A DNA stretch of 32,000 nucleotides from Candidatus Iainarchaeum sp. (GCA_030649345.1 JAUSKK010000046.1:1-32000); one strand, 5' to 3'. Counted from the stretch's first letter, positions 7,471 through 16,373 are shown. Numbers and translations: made by a program. Notes: a model not told the origin generated them from the sequence alone.

Positions 7471-8742
7471 TTAATCTAACTTCAATGCTTTTCCAGCTTC
7501 CAAGGCAAATGCAGGAATTCCTAAATCAGCTTCAATGGTTTTTTTAAATTCGCCCATGACTTTTTCGTCTCCATGCACCATGACAACCTTTTCAGGATTC
7601 CATTTATTGAAGGACTTAAATAATTCTTTTTTATCCGAATGTGCACTAAAATCAAACGATTGCACTTCACAGTCTACTTTGTAGATTTTTTCATCCAAAG
7701 TAATGTGCCCAGTTGTTTTCAATTCATGCCCCGGAGTTCCTTCTACTTGAAAACCAGTTAACAAAATTTTTGAATTTTCATCTCCATGAATTTGTTTAAC
7801 ATAATATTGTGCAGGCCCTCCAGCCAACATTCCAGCCGTAGCAATAATCACGGAAGGCTGCCGCAATGCTTTTTTTCGGTCTTGTTCTTTTCGAATCCAT
7901 ACAGTTTGATGCAATGCTTTTTTCAAAGATTCATAATCTCGAAAAAAAGTAGGATACTTTAAAGAAACTGTAGAAACTTTTTGGCACATTCCATCCAAAT
8001 AAATAGGAACTTCAATTTTGTAATCTACTAAAATGTCCACCATTTCTTGGGCTCGCCCTACAGCAAACGCAGGCACCAAAACAGTTCCTCCGTTTTCCAA
8101 TCCTTCGTTTACTTTTTTTATGAAATTTTTCTCAGTTTCTTCTCTGGAAGGATGATCTCGATCTCCATAAGTACTTTCAGTCACCACATAATTTACGTCT
8201 CCTGTTTTTAAGTCAGCAGAATTATGCAAACGAGTATCCGAAGCCCTGAAATCACCAGTATACAATAAACTTTTGTTTCCAAAATCTAACCTAGCCAAAG
8301 CACTTCCTAAAATATGACCGGCATCAAATAATTCCAGCGAAGCATGAGTTGTAATCGGCAATTGTTTTCGGAATGGCATTGGAAAAGTATATCGTTTGGT
8401 TCGTTCAATTTCGTCTTTGGAAAAACTAGCATCAATTCCTTCAAAGCCTGCAATTTTTAAAGTATCATGCCATAAAATTTCCGCAATATCTAAAGTCGGA
8501 GCAGTCATATAACATAAAGCATTGCTTTTCAAAAACAAATTCGGCAAATCCCCGGAATGATCTAAATGCGCATGCGATACAATGGCGGCATCAATATTCG
8601 TGCGGATAGGCAAAGGATATTGGGTTTCTTCTTGACTAATTTTGATTCCGCGGTCTAAAACAATTTTTTCTCCAATATCTAACAAAAAACTGCTTCGGCC
8701 CACTTCTCTACAGCCACCTAAACCTGTTAATTGAACCGACAT
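7471..8742 (-). CDS. beta-CASP metallo-beta-lactamase ribonuclease (aCPSF2-type, no KH domains)
   Basis: N-terminus MSVQLTGLGGCREVGRSSFLLD. MBL motif HAHLDHSGDLP. beta-CASP-length insert and C-terminal HGDE. I prefer Met16 of the listed ORF (8742) because it gives the canonical N-terminus. Confidence 0.75.
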   Translation of the reverse strand: MSVQLTGLGGCREVGRSSFLLDIGEKIVLDRGIKISQEETQYPLPIRTNIDAAIVSHAHLDHSGDLPNLFLKSNALCYMTAPTLDIAEILWHDTLKIAGFEGIDASFSKDEIERTKRYTFPMPFRKQLPITTHASLELFDAGHILGSALARLDFGNKSLLYTGDFRASDTRLHNSADLKTGDVNYVVTESTYGDRDHPSREETEKNFIKKVNEGLENGGTVLVPAFAVGRAQEMVDILVDYKIEVPIYLDGMCQKVSTVSLKYPTFFRDYESLKKALHQTVWIRKEQDRKKALRQPSVIIATAGMLAGGPAQYYVKQIHGDENSKILLTGFQVEGTPGHELKTTGHITLDEKIYKVDCEVQSFDFSAHSDKKELFKSFNKWNPEKVVMVHGDEKVMGEFKKTIEADLGIPAFALEAGKALKLD

Positions 8743-8838
8743 ACTATTAATGAAGTAATTCAACAAATAAAAAGGTATGGTAACCATCCATGCAGTCTTA
8801 GACCGAAAGAATAAATAAACGAAAATCCATAGTTTACT

Positions 8839-10377
8839 ATGACTTCCAAAATAGGCTTACTGGCTTTATTTTTACTAAGCCTATTGTTTTTTGCTTTTCC
8901 AGTTCAAGCAATTTTACAATACACAGTTCAATTGGATGGCTTGGAAGCCAGAGTTGAATTATTAATGGAATTGGACAGCCAATCTGGACCAGTGAATTAT
9001 TTTGAAAGCAGCATGAATTTGCCGCCGGAAACAGAAATTGTTGCCATCTCCGACAGTCAAGGAGCAATTTCTGGCTACAGTATTAACAATGACTTATTGA
9101 GTTTTGAAACCAATTTTTCAGTACCCAAAGAAAAAGAAGCTGTCCTAATTCAAATGACTTGGAACAATATTACAGATTCCAATTATTACCCGTTTATTGT
9201 ATACAAACTTCCGTTCTCTAGCTTTACGGACACCAATACACTTTTACAAATTTCTGGAAAAAAAATTATTTCATATGCTTTAACCTCTAAAGCGAATTCT
9301 AAATACTCAGAACAACAAATTCAAATTCAAGGCATTGGACCCCAATTTGCAAGCATAGTCGTTGAAGACAGTGAAGCTGAATTAAACTTTATTCACTACC
9401 GAGCAGTCAATAAAACTGGAAATTCTATTTCCACCGATCTTTTTCAAAAAGCAGACACAGCCTATGATTTACTTCCATTAATTTTAGGAGTTCAACCCGA
9501 ATACAGTCAATTTCCGGTTGCCATACTAACCGACATAGACTACAATCGTTTAGTGAATTCTTACAGTGAAGCTGTTCAAACTCATGGCGGTTTAATCTTA
9601 ATGCGAGAATCTACTTTCACCGACAGCATCAACGGAGCTGCTACATTATTGCATGAAACAACACACATCTTTAATTCAGCAACATTTTATTGGAACAATG
9701 ACAATTACACTTCATGGTACGATGAAGGTTTGGCTAAAATCATTGAAAGCATTGCCCGCGAAAAACTCGGAGGCACCAATGGAAACTTGTTTTATGAAGT
9801 CAAACAAGTTCAAGAAGGAAATTTAATATATTCCTATGAACCTAAAGGAAAACTAGACGAGTTATACAATTATTATCAAAACAATTTCAATTTCATGACT
9901 ACTTGGACTCCAGAAAATGATTTAACTCGAGACTTTGGATATGCATTTGCTGAATTATTCTTCAAACGACATGTCAAAAATCAAGGCTGGAGTAAACTTC
10001 AAGCATTGCATAAAAAAACAGCTCAAACCAAAGTCAATGCAACTACAGTCGAAGAATTAACCCAGGAAGAACTCCAAGACTTAGGAGAAAACTTAAAGCC
10101 GTGTTATGCTTTGGATTTAGAAGTTATCAAAAATTGTCTTCAAGAAATCAATCAATTCGCTTTACCTTTGCCTGAAAAAAGCACAGTATTAACTTTAGGA
10201 TCTAATGAAATTCAACTGGTTGGAAATACCCAAGTATTGGATCAAATTCAAAAAGAAAAACGAGCCCAAATTGAACTTCAAGCAAACGAATTTAAACAAG
10301 AAACACAAACAGTTATGCAACAACTTTTAAGAGATTTAAAAAAATCATTCAAAAAAATTATTTCGTTTGGAGAATAA
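8839..10377 (+). CDS. secreted gluzincin-like metallopeptidase (Peptidase_MA_2-like)
   Basis: Signal peptide ending FAFPVQA. HExxH in LLHETTHIF followed by WYDEGLA (candidate third zinc-ligand Glu). Confidence 0.6.
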   Translation: MTSKIGLLALFLLSLLFFAFPVQAILQYTVQLDGLEARVELLMELDSQSGPVNYFESSMNLPPETEIVAISDSQGAISGYSINNDLLSFETNFSVPKEKEAVLIQMTWNNITDSNYYPFIVYKLPFSSFTDTNTLLQISGKKIISYALTSKANSKYSEQQIQIQGIGPQFASIVVEDSEAELNFIHYRAVNKTGNSISTDLFQKADTAYDLLPLILGVQPEYSQFPVAILTDIDYNRLVNSYSEAVQTHGGLILMRESTFTDSINGAATLLHETTHIFNSATFYWNNDNYTSWYDEGLAKIIESIAREKLGGTNGNLFYEVKQVQEGNLIYSYEPKGKLDELYNYYQNNFNFMTTWTPENDLTRDFGYAFAELFFKRHVKNQGWSKLQALHKKTAQTKVNATTVEELTQEELQDLGENLKPCYALDLEVIKNCLQEINQFALPLPEKSTVLTLGSNEIQLVGNTQVLDQIQKEKRAQIELQANEFKQETQTVMQQLLRDLKKSFKKIISFGE

Positions 10378-10378
10378 T

Positions 10379-10999
10379 ATGCGTGTATTGGATTTAAAAC
10401 AATCTATAAAAATTTTGTCTAAAAAAATAAAATTTGCCAACCAAGTAATTGTAAACCGCGAAACAGATTTAAAAAAAATAAAAATTTCGTTTCCTTGGGT
10501 AATGAAAGCAGTCAGCCCAAAAATTATTCACAAAACCGAATTCAAAGCAGTTCGGGTAGGCATTCAAAACCTAGAACAAGCCTATTTGACTTTAAAGGAA
10601 TTGAAAAAATTGCCTGGAGTTACCGGAATCCTAGTTCAAGAACAGGTCTTTGGGTTTGAATTAATTATTGGAGCCAAACAAGATATTCAATTCGGTCCAA
10701 CGGTTTTAGTTGGGTTTGGAGGCATTTTTACTGAAGTTTTGCAAGATTTTTCAGTACGCATTTGCCCATTGAATGAACAAACAGTCACTGAAATGCTGGA
10801 AGAACTAAAGGCATTTCCTTTGCTTTCCGGGGTTAGAAAAACACAGCCAGTAAATTTAAAAATGGTAAAACAGATTATATTATCATTAAGTCAAATAATT
10901 GAAACCAATTCCAATATTCAAGAAATTGACTTGAATCCAGTAATGGTGAATTCCAAAAAAGCCATTGCTGTAGACGCACGAATAATTTTAGAAAGGTGA
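10379..10999 (+). CDS. stand-alone ATP-grasp domain protein, ADP-forming acetyl-CoA synthetase beta-subunit (AcdB)-like
   Basis: Resembles ATP-grasp_5: PWVMKAVSPKIIHKTE, ILVQEQV, GPTVLVGFGGIFTE, EIDLNPV. ATG lies 1 nt after the upstream stop. Confidence 0.6.
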   Translation: MRVLDLKQSIKILSKKIKFANQVIVNRETDLKKIKISFPWVMKAVSPKIIHKTEFKAVRVGIQNLEQAYLTLKELKKLPGVTGILVQEQVFGFELIIGAKQDIQFGPTVLVGFGGIFTEVLQDFSVRICPLNEQTVTEMLEELKAFPLLSGVRKTQPVNLKMVKQIILSLSQIIETNSNIQEIDLNPVMVNSKKAIAVDARIILER

Positions 11000-11004
11000 A
11001 CACC

Positions 11005-11421
11005 ATGGTAAATAAATTTGCAATGTATCCAGATGAAAATCCAGGAAATATACCGAGTGAAATTATCCAGCTTCATTTAGTGCGGCCAGTAAAAGTAGAT
11101 TTATTGGAAAAAGTATTGGCTCGATGTCCAAGAATTGAAAGTATTACCATGAGCACCAGTACCAAAAAAAGATTGGCTGAAGACGTAGAAAAATTAATCC
11201 GCACAAAAGGAATTACTTTAAAACTTGAACAAAACAGAGGAAGGGCCATTGAAATTGGTTTAGATAAAATGCTGCAAGCCATTGAATTACGAAAAGATTA
11301 CAGAACACTCAGAGATATTGAAAAAGTCACAGGAATACCCAAAAGCACAATTCACTATTTGGTAAGATATGCGAAACGAAACAAAATCAAAAAAGGAAAA
11401 GAAATTGTGTATTTAAAATAA
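11005..11421 (+). CDS. hypothetical protein with C-terminal HTH (possibly DUF1699-like)
   Basis: AGGTGA SD (10994-10999, containing the upstream TGA stop) lies 5 nt before ATG 11005. The C-terminal LRDIEKVTGIPKSTIHYLVRYAKR looks like a resolvase-type HTH. The N-part (LHLVRPVKVDLLEKVLARCPRIESI) recalls DUF1699 from memory, unverified. Confidence 0.5.
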   Translation: MVNKFAMYPDENPGNIPSEIIQLHLVRPVKVDLLEKVLARCPRIESITMSTSTKKRLAEDVEKLIRTKGITLKLEQNRGRAIEIGLDKMLQAIELRKDYRTLRDIEKVTGIPKSTIHYLVRYAKRNKIKKGKEIVYLK

Positions 11422-11463
11422 GGAAATGAAAAAATACACCATTACTCAAAAGACGAAACCTAG

Positions 11464-11613
11464 TTAGTAGGCTTTTGCATCAGTCCACACTTCATCGTCT
11501 TTATTATTCCAGAAATCTAAATCAGCCAATTCAACCCAATGACCCCAGTCTTCTTTTTTCTTTTTCTTAATTTTTTTAAATACTCTATTTGATTTCTGCA
11601 ACTTAAGTACCAT
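11464..11613 (-). CDS. unlisted small ORF, 49 aa, basic N-terminus and Trp/Asp-rich C-terminus
   Basis: Hand translation: MVLKLQKSNRVFKKIKKKKKEDWGHWVELADLDFWNNKDDEVWTDAKAY*. The ATG lies 5 nt downstream of the nadA stop on the same strand. It is below the ORF-track cut-off. Confidence 0.4.
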   Translation of the reverse strand: MVLKLQKSNRVFKKIKKKKKEDWGHWVELADLDFWNNKDDEVWTDAKAY

Positions 11614-11618
11614 AATGA

Positions 11619-12632
11619 TTACTTTCCAGTCAATTCAAACATTTTATTCAAAGTATTTAAGGCACGCAGTCGAATAATTTCTGGAACAGTGATTTCATTT
11701 TTTTCTTCTTTCAATGTTTTCAATACATTTTCCAGATTTATTTTTTTCATATGCGGACAAATACTGCAGGGAGTAATGAATTGTTTGGCTGGAAATTTTT
11801 CCCGTAAAACATCGCTCATTCCGCACTCAGTCACAATTACAAATTCATTTGCAGAAGACTGTTGCACGTATTTAGTCATATCCGAAGTTCCACCCACCAA
11901 GTCTGCTTGTTGAACCACTTCTTGCTTGCATTCCAAGTGAGCTAAAATTTTGGCATTCGGATAAATTTTTTTATATTGAACCAATTGATGTTCCGTAAAA
12001 GTTTCATGCACAATACACAAGCCATTCCAAGCAATAATTTCTTTTTCCGGAATCAGTTTAGCTAAATTGGCAGCCATGTATTGATCCGGCAAATACACGA
12101 TTTGTTTTTGAGGCAAAGCCTGAATAATCTTTACGGAATTGGCACTCGTGCAGCAAACATCGCATTCGGCTTTCACTTCAGCACTGGTGTTTACATAACA
12201 CACAAAAGCCGCATTGGGGTATTGTTTGCGCAAATTTCGTACATCTTGCCCAGTAATGCTTTCTGCTAAACTACAACCCGCATCCAAAGCAGGCAATAAA
12301 ACTTGCTTTTCTGGATTTACAATTTTTGCAGTTTCTGCCATAAAATGGACACCGCAAAAAACAATTCGTTTTGCTTGAGTTTCTTTTGCTTTTCTGCTTA
12401 ACTCCAAAGAATCTCCGACAAAATCAGCAATTCCAAACACAATTTCCGGCAATTGATAATTATGAGCTAAAATTACGGCATTTTTTTCTTGCTTTAAGCG
12501 ATTAATTTCTAAAGTCAAAGGCGCTAACAGCAAACAGTCATTCAAACCATAACCCAGCAAATTCATTTTTGAATGCAAACGCACAGCTTCTTGTTGAATT
12601 TCGTCTGAAACTTGCCGGGTACTCAAAGTCAT
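11619..12632 (-). CDS. nadA: quinolinate synthase A
   Basis: Full-length match to NadA landmarks: ILAHNYQ, GVHFMAETAKI, CYVNTSAEVKA, CCTSANS, VHETF, GGTSDM, TECGM, CSICPHMKKI. Confidence 0.9.
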   Translation of the reverse strand: MTLSTRQVSDEIQQEAVRLHSKMNLLGYGLNDCLLLAPLTLEINRLKQEKNAVILAHNYQLPEIVFGIADFVGDSLELSRKAKETQAKRIVFCGVHFMAETAKIVNPEKQVLLPALDAGCSLAESITGQDVRNLRKQYPNAAFVCYVNTSAEVKAECDVCCTSANSVKIIQALPQKQIVYLPDQYMAANLAKLIPEKEIIAWNGLCIVHETFTEHQLVQYKKIYPNAKILAHLECKQEVVQQADLVGGTSDMTKYVQQSSANEFVIVTECGMSDVLREKFPAKQFITPCSICPHMKKINLENVLKTLKEEKNEITVPEIIRLRALNTLNKMFELTGK

Positions 12633-12653
12633 ATAAAAACTGATTCAGAACTG

Positions 12654-12721
12654 TTTAAATGAGTAATGCAATAGTTAGCAAACAATATCTATTGCTTTAT
12701 ACAGCACATTACTCATTTAAA
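12654..12721. repeat. nested inverted repeat: 15-bp perfect outer arms plus 7-bp inner arms
   Basis: TTTAAATGAGTAATG (12654-12668) pairs with CATTACTCATTTAAA (12707-12721). Inner arms are GCAATAG (12668-12674) and CTATTGC (12689-12695). It lies in the nadA / Zn-ribbon-gene divergent spacer. Confidence 0.8.
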
Positions 12722-12812
12722 AAAAAGAAGCAAAGTTAGAACAATCCTAGAAACCTTGGTTGACTCAGCTGAAGGCGAAACCTTTTTATAACACAAATTC
12801 CTTTATGAGTAC

Positions 12813-13202
12813 ATGAGCTTAACCAACCAAGAATTAGAAAACAAAATCAATGAATGGATGCGCCACGGAGACATTGAAAAAATGCAATGGGCTGAAAATA
12901 TCCAAAAAAAACTTTTAGCTTCCAGCATTCAAAGAATTAAACAAAACGATAAAACAGTCTTGCGCGAAATCGTTTTACCCAAATGGCTGGATTGGGATTT
13001 ATTGCGTGCATTAATTGACCGAAAACCAGTGAAAGACACTACCGGACGTCATTGTATTTTGTGCGATATGCTGTACGATAATGGAATTCATTTTAATGAA
13101 AAATTTATATGCGAAAGCTGTTTTCTAAAACTAAAATATTTAGATGTTCACAAACAAGCCGATCCAATGCAATTGCCCAGTGAAAGTGAATGGATTCCTT
13201 AA
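12813..13202 (+). CDS. hypothetical protein with C-terminal CxxC...CxxC zinc-ribbon-like motif
   Basis: ORF with a TATA-like TTTTTATAA centred ~26 nt upstream of the ATG. Contains HCILCD ... FICESCF. I recognise no family. Confidence 0.5.
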   Translation: MSLTNQELENKINEWMRHGDIEKMQWAENIQKKLLASSIQRIKQNDKTVLREIVLPKWLDWDLLRALIDRKPVKDTTGRHCILCDMLYDNGIHFNEKFICESCFLKLKYLDVHKQADPMQLPSESEWIP

Positions 13203-13257
13203 AATGAATTTTGCCACATCAGCAGTGAATAATTGAAAAATACACTGCATCACTCAT

Positions 13258-14532
13258 TTAAAGAATTTGTTTTAAACCTTTTTTTCCAATATCTTTTCTA
13301 TACTGCATTCCTTCAAATGAAATTTGACTAACCGCAGCATATACATCGGTAATCGCCTGCGCTAAATTGGGAGCAGTTGCAATTACATTTAACACTCGGC
13401 CGCCGTTTGAAAAAAATTGGCCATCTTTTTTAATGGTTGCTGCATGAAGAATTTCAATGTTTTTTGAAAAAACTGAATCCAATCCAAAAATTTGTTTTCC
13501 AATTTCAGGTTTTTCTGGATATCCGGGAGAAGCTAAAACTACACAAACACAAACATCGTTTTTCCATTTCACTTGAACTTGACTTAATTTGCTTTTACAG
13601 CAGCCTTCAATAATTTCCAATAAATCAGACTCCAATAAAGCCAATACAACTTGTGCCTCTGGATCGCCCAATCTGCAATTGTATTCCAAAACATACGGTT
13701 TATTGTTGTGAATCATTAATCCAGCATACAATACGCCGCGAAATTCAGCCCCTTCTTTTCGCAAAGCATCTAAAGTAGGGCCAATAATAGTTTCATCAAT
13801 TTCTTTTTTCAACAAAGCATCCATTAAAGGAATTGGCGCATAGGCTCCCATTCCACCGGTATTCCAGCCTAAATCATTATCCAATAAACGTTTGTGGTCT
13901 TGTACAAAAGGCATGGAAACAAAATTTTTTCCATCCGTGAAAACCATTACACTTACTTCAAAGCCCCGTAATTTTTCCTGCAATAAAACTTTCTCGGAGG
14001 CTTTTCCAAATTTTTTCTTAACCATAAAATCATGCAATGCTTGCGTTACTTCTGCTTGAGTTTCAGCCACAATGACTCCTTTCCCTGCAGCCAAGCCGTC
14101 TGCTTTTACAACCAATTCACCCGAATACTCTTGCAAGAACTCAATGGCTTTATTAAAATCTGAAAACCCCCAGCCCTGCGGACTCGGAATTTCGTATTTT
14201 TGCAATAAATCATTGCAAAAAATTTTGCTGCCTTCAATTTGTGCAGCTTTTTTTCTAGGCCCAAAAATAAATAAACCTTTTTTTTCAAATACATCCACAA
14301 TTCCGTTTACTAACGGAGTTTCCGGGGCCACAATGGTTACAACAATATTTTTTTCAATTGCAAAATTAGATAATTGTTCAAAATCAGATGTATCTAAAGC
14401 AACATTTTCTGCAATTTCTGCAGTGCCTGCATTTCCTGGAACACAATATATTTTTTTAGCTCGGCCTTGCTGTCGAAACTTTAAGACCAAAGCATGCATT
14501 CTAGCACCATGACCAATTACCAGTACATTCAT
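13258..14532 (-). CDS. purD: phosphoribosylamine--glycine ligase
   Basis: MNVLVIGHGARMHAL N-terminus, ATP-grasp core (VVKADGLAAGKGV, EEKLRGFEVSV) and C-terminal GGRVLNV. I prefer Met14 of the listed ORF (14532). Confidence 0.9.
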   Translation of the reverse strand: MNVLVIGHGARMHALVLKFRQQGRAKKIYCVPGNAGTAEIAENVALDTSDFEQLSNFAIEKNIVVTIVAPETPLVNGIVDVFEKKGLFIFGPRKKAAQIEGSKIFCNDLLQKYEIPSPQGWGFSDFNKAIEFLQEYSGELVVKADGLAAGKGVIVAETQAEVTQALHDFMVKKKFGKASEKVLLQEKLRGFEVSVMVFTDGKNFVSMPFVQDHKRLLDNDLGWNTGGMGAYAPIPLMDALLKKEIDETIIGPTLDALRKEGAEFRGVLYAGLMIHNNKPYVLEYNCRLGDPEAQVVLALLESDLLEIIEGCCKSKLSQVQVKWKNDVCVCVVLASPGYPEKPEIGKQIFGLDSVFSKNIEILHAATIKKDGQFFSNGGRVLNVIATAPNLAQAITDVYAAVSQISFEGMQYRKDIGKKGLKQIL

Positions 14533-14640
14533 ATAGAAGACCAATAAGAAAACAATTAAAAAGCATACCACTTGAAAATGACTGCATCTTGCTGAAAACT
14601 AAGAAAGGCTTTTATTCCAAAACAACTTAATAGATAATCT

Positions 14641-15321
14641 ATGATTAAAGCAGTCTTATTTGATTTAGATAATACTTTGGTAGACTTTGTTAAAATGAAA
14701 CACCAAGCCAGCGAAGCTGCAGTTTCAGCCATGGTGGATGCCGGATTAAATATCCATGAAGAAAAAGGAATTCGAAAACTATTTCAAATGTACAAAAAGC
14801 ATGGATTTGAAAATCAAAAAATTTTCAACAAATTCATAAAACAAGAACACGGATTTGTGGACTATAAATTATTAGCCAATGCCATTGTAGCTTACCGGAA
14901 AGTACGCGCCAGCCATGTTCAACCCTATCCGCACACGCGTCAAGTTCTTTTAAATTTAAGAGATCAAGGAATCAAAATAGGGATTGTCAGCGACGCTCCT
15001 AAACTACAAGCTTGGACTAGACTGGTTGAATTAAACTTACAGGATTTCTTCAATGTAGTTATTGCAGTAGGCGGTACTGGAAAAGAAAAACCCAATGCAA
15101 TTCCATTTCGTCAAGCATGCCAAAAACTCAAAATTCCAGCCAGTGAAATTTTATTTGTAGGCGATAACCCTAAACGAGATATTCAGGGAGCCCAAAAAGT
15201 CGGAATGAAAACAGCTTTAGCAAAATATGGACAATTTGCATTCGGAAAATCCAAAGCAGACTATGTAATTAAAAATATTAATGATATTCTGAATATTGTA
15301 AAAAAAGAAAACAAAAACTAG
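14641..15321 (+). CDS. HAD-superfamily hydrolase (subfamily IA-like)
   Basis: Motif I FDLDNTL, motif II IVSDAP, motifs III/IV K...VGDNPKRDIQGA. Confidence 0.8.
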   Translation: MIKAVLFDLDNTLVDFVKMKHQASEAAVSAMVDAGLNIHEEKGIRKLFQMYKKHGFENQKIFNKFIKQEHGFVDYKLLANAIVAYRKVRASHVQPYPHTRQVLLNLRDQGIKIGIVSDAPKLQAWTRLVELNLQDFFNVVIAVGGTGKEKPNAIPFRQACQKLKIPASEILFVGDNPKRDIQGAQKVGMKTALAKYGQFAFGKSKADYVIKNINDILNIVKKENKN

Positions 15322-16331
15322 CCTAAATATTCTTTAAGTTTTGCAGTTGAATCTATTTTTTTAACAAGTTTAGTGAATTCAGCTAAAAAAAGCAAGATTA
15401 ATTTTTCCGAAACATTGTTTTCCGAAACAAAACTTCCAATCGCATTATGGCCGCCAAAGTTTCCGTTAATTGTTTTTTGGATATTAAAGAAAATATCTTT
15501 GGTTAAATTTAGTTTAAGTCTGGAAAGAACATACGGACTTAAACAAACGCGCAGAGTAGTTTGATTTTTTCGTTTTTCAAATTCGCAAAAAATAATTCCA
15601 TCAGCGCCTCCCAGCAACAATGAATTCAGTGCAAAACTTCCGCCCAAAGGCAAAACCATTAATGCAAATTCACCGGAACGAAAAATACGCGCTTGCCGCA
15701 TTGCTTTCAGGGACGCTAATTTGGAACTAAAATCTGCATGATGAGACAACAAAGCCAATAAGTCAGTGTACGACCAAGAACTGAGTTTCAGCAATTCATG
15801 CATAACTTCAAACGTGTAAGTACGGGCATGCGCAAATTGAGCTGAGTCTGAAATTAAACCTAAAGCCAGCAAAGTTGTTTGTTGTTCAGTTAATTTCTTT
15901 TTGTAAACTTGGCACAATTTGAACAACCATTCAGTTGTGGAAATAGCTTCTGGATCCAGAAGTTGATTGGATTTAGGAATAAATGAAAAATTAGAAATCG
16001 AATGATGATCTATTAAAAAAATAGCCCCATAAAAGTTTTCTAAATCTTTTTTTAATCCACCAATACGTTCCAGAGAACTGGTTTCAATTAATACAATGGA
16101 ATCAAATTCACTTAAAACAGGATTTACAATATATGCAATGTCAAATTGTTCCGCAATGCGTTTGGCTGCAGCCGTGCAATTTTCCGGAATTCCAATTTCA
16201 ATTTTTTTGTTTTTATAAAACGATTTAATAACTGCTGCACTGCATATAGCATCCGGATCAGCACCTTGGTGGGTTAATAAAAGTATTTTTCCTTCAAAGT
16301 TTTTGGAATTAAATAAAAAAGGTGCAACCAT
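15318..16331 (-). CDS. DHH/DHHA1 phosphoesterase (NrnA / RecJ-like core)
   Basis: HQGADPDAICSA (motif I/II region), FLIDHHS (DHH) and the C-terminal DHHA1 GGH motif (NFGGHNAIGSF). Confidence 0.75.
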   Translation of the reverse strand: MVAPFLFNSKNFEGKILLLTHQGADPDAICSAAVIKSFYKNKKIEIGIPENCTAAAKRIAEQFDIAYIVNPVLSEFDSIVLIETSSLERIGGLKKDLENFYGAIFLIDHHSISNFSFIPKSNQLLDPEAISTTEWLFKLCQVYKKKLTEQQTTLLALGLISDSAQFAHARTYTFEVMHELLKLSSWSYTDLLALLSHHADFSSKLASLKAMRQARIFRSGEFALMVLPLGGSFALNSLLLGGADGIIFCEFEKRKNQTTLRVCLSPYVLSRLKLNLTKDIFFNIQKTINGNFGGHNAIGSFVSENNVSEKLILLFLAEFTKLVKKIDSTAKLKEYLG

Positions 16332-16373
16332 TCAGTAAATAGGTTGTTTTTGAAAAATAAAAAGATTTGGCTG

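Noticed and set aside
14072-14512. 146-aa plus-strand ORF inside purD. The same applies to the antisense ORFs inside psmA (21623-21971), the presenilin homologue (24619-25029), nadA, rrp42, rrp4 and others.
   Set aside because: All are antisense to genes with clear family signatures. They are typical shadow ORFs with no independent support.
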